A DNA stretch of 64,000 bases from Lama guanicoe. Taxonomy: Eukaryota. Location: assembly GCA_013239625.1 (NCBI GenBank), contig MU053504.1:250001-314000 (forward strand), read 5' to 3'. Positions 62,266 to 64,000 of this stretch are shown piece by piece (position 1 is the stretch's first letter; each line of letters begins with the position of its first letter). The position numbers and the translations under genes were made by a program. Under the pieces are notes generated by a model. It was given only the letters and a program-made list of their open reading frames with translations, had not been told where the DNA came from and made no database searches.

Positions 62266-63773
62266 CACTTTACAAGTGGAGTAGGGTTAAGAGTTAGACT
62301 GCTTGGGTTCAAATCCCAGCTCTGCCCCTTATCCTTGCCCATGTGACCTTGAACTAGTGTCTTAACCTCTCTGTGCTTCAGTTTTCCCATCTGTAAAATA
62401 GGAATCATACTGGCCAACCTTACTGAACCTTGTGAACCTGAGCAGGCCTGATACTTACAAGGGTCTCGGTAATCTTACAGTCACCACCTGCCATGCCTCC
62501 ACTGGTGTTTGCGATCTTGGATTTGCTTTGGCAATCAGCACAGAACTCTTAATTTGAGGTCAACATTTCTGGGGTAGAGTTTCTTTATACTTGGGGTGTG
62601 CCTTGCATGAGAACATCGTGTGTCTTGGTGGACTAAAGGATTTAACACAGCTGTCCTGAAGCACTCCCTGCAAGTGAAAAGGATGCGGAAGGAGAAAAAG
62701 AAACCATTGACCATTGCCCCAAGGCAGGGCAACCTGAGGAGGGTCAGGCCCTGCCCTGGGCCCTGCTCTGTCCTCAAGAAGGATCCAGAACCATGTAGGG
62801 GGGCCCCACACAGAGAGTGATGGGCAGTGCTGTCTCCGATCCCTGCTGGCCATGGAGGATGCATGTCACTGATGACCAGAGGAAATAAACAACATCTGGG
62901 CTCCCGTCTGCCTGCTCAGACCGCCACATCTGGGAGACAGTCACTGCCACTGCAGGCTGGCTCAGAGGACCCCTGGGCACATTCCTGCTTTGGGGGGCAG
63001 ATTGCACCATCCCCAGCAAGGGATGGGTCCTGGAGATGACTCCTGGTTTGGAGACCCAGAAAAAGGGGGGAACTTGAGATGATCTCAAATTTGCACAATG
63101 ACAAACCACCATTTTCTGGCTGGGTGATCTTAGGCAAGTGCCTTCACTCCTTTGAACCTGTCTCCTCTTTTGAAAAATGGGGACAATGGGACAACCACCT
63201 CCCAGGCACCCGAGAACGCATCCATGCGAAGTGCTTAGCACAGCTCTTTGGAGCTTGATTTTATTACTTGATTCATGGCAGATGCATGAGAGGCTCCCAG
63301 AGGTGCTCCCTTAAGCGCTGGGGCCCAGCTGGGCTTGTTCTTCAAATTTCCCCAGCCTTACATATCGTAGGTGCCCACTAACTGTTTCTTAAATGAATGA
63401 ATGAATAATGGCTTAATAAAAGTTATCAAAAACTGTTCTCAGGGAGCCTGCAGTCTAGTTGGGAGGACGAAACCCACACATAGCAAAGAAAGCTGATGAC
63501 GTCTGCCCAGCAGAGCTCAGAGCCAAGTGAAGGCTCCAGCAGTCAGAGGCTGGGCTCAGAGACTGTAGTCATCAGGGGTGGTTTTCTGGAGAGGCAGATG
63601 TAGGGACAGGAGCAGGACTAGCTTGCGGAGGAGGAGGAAAGGTTTTTAAGTGAAGTGAGTACGTGACGGTATATGAGTTGGTGGCAGGAAGGGAGCTTGG
63701 GTGGGGAGCAGACAGCAAATCCTGGCTGAGGTGTCATACAGGAAACCAAGGGGTTAATGAGCAAGACCTTCAG

Positions 63774-63777
<4 letters not shown>

Positions 63778-63836
<59 letters not shown>
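63778..63836. repeat. (TAA)19 microsatellite
   Basis: Perfect run; it is the source of the poly-Tyr ORF. Confidence 0.95.
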
Positions 63837-63837
<1 letters not shown>

Positions 63838-64000
63838 ACATCCCAAGTGGAAACTTTTATCCTTTGCCCCCTCATCCCTGCCAAACCTGCCTCACTTGTC
63901 CATCTGAGTCAATGGCTACTCCACTTATAGTTAAAAACCTTGGAGTCACCCTGCCCCTCTCTTTCCTTCCCGTCCCACATGCAGTCTGTCAGAAATTGGT

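Noticed and set aside
63618..63884. Poly-tyrosine ORF
   Set aside because: It is the translation of the (TAA)n microsatellite.
1..64000. CRISPR arrays, operons or other prokaryotic or novel multi-gene systems
   Set aside because: The sequence is intron-rich mammalian DNA. I saw no regularly spaced repeat-spacer array and no unexplained long coding region.

Overview
This is mammalian genomic DNA. It is probably from a camelid, because two copies of a tRNA-derived SINE resemble the camelid Vic-1 family. Two minus-strand protein-coding genes lie in tandem. ANGPT4 (angiopoietin-4) has its promoter/TATA near 23.9 kb and coding exons 1-5 from 23726 down to 483; the rest of the fibrinogen domain lies beyond the left edge. 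RSPO4 (R-spondin 4) has exons 2-5 from 56255 to the stop at 49136 and a putative polyA signal near 47471; exon 1 lies beyond the right edge. All visible splice sites are GT-AG and both reading frames are intact. The remainder is intron or intergenic DNA rich in L1, L2, MIR, MaLR/ERV LTR and DNA-transposon relics, plus microsatellites. Most ORF-track entries are spurious. I found no convincing novel biological system. The most interesting unexplained structures are a ~240-bp duplicated segment behind the ANGPT4 exon 2 and exon 3 donors, a young-looking solo LTR with an intact promoter antisense to RSPO4, multi-level nested insertions at 33.7-36.6 kb, a strong CTCF motif between the genes and an orphan CpG-dense patch. 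Repeat family names and comparisons with human proteins come from recall, not from a search.
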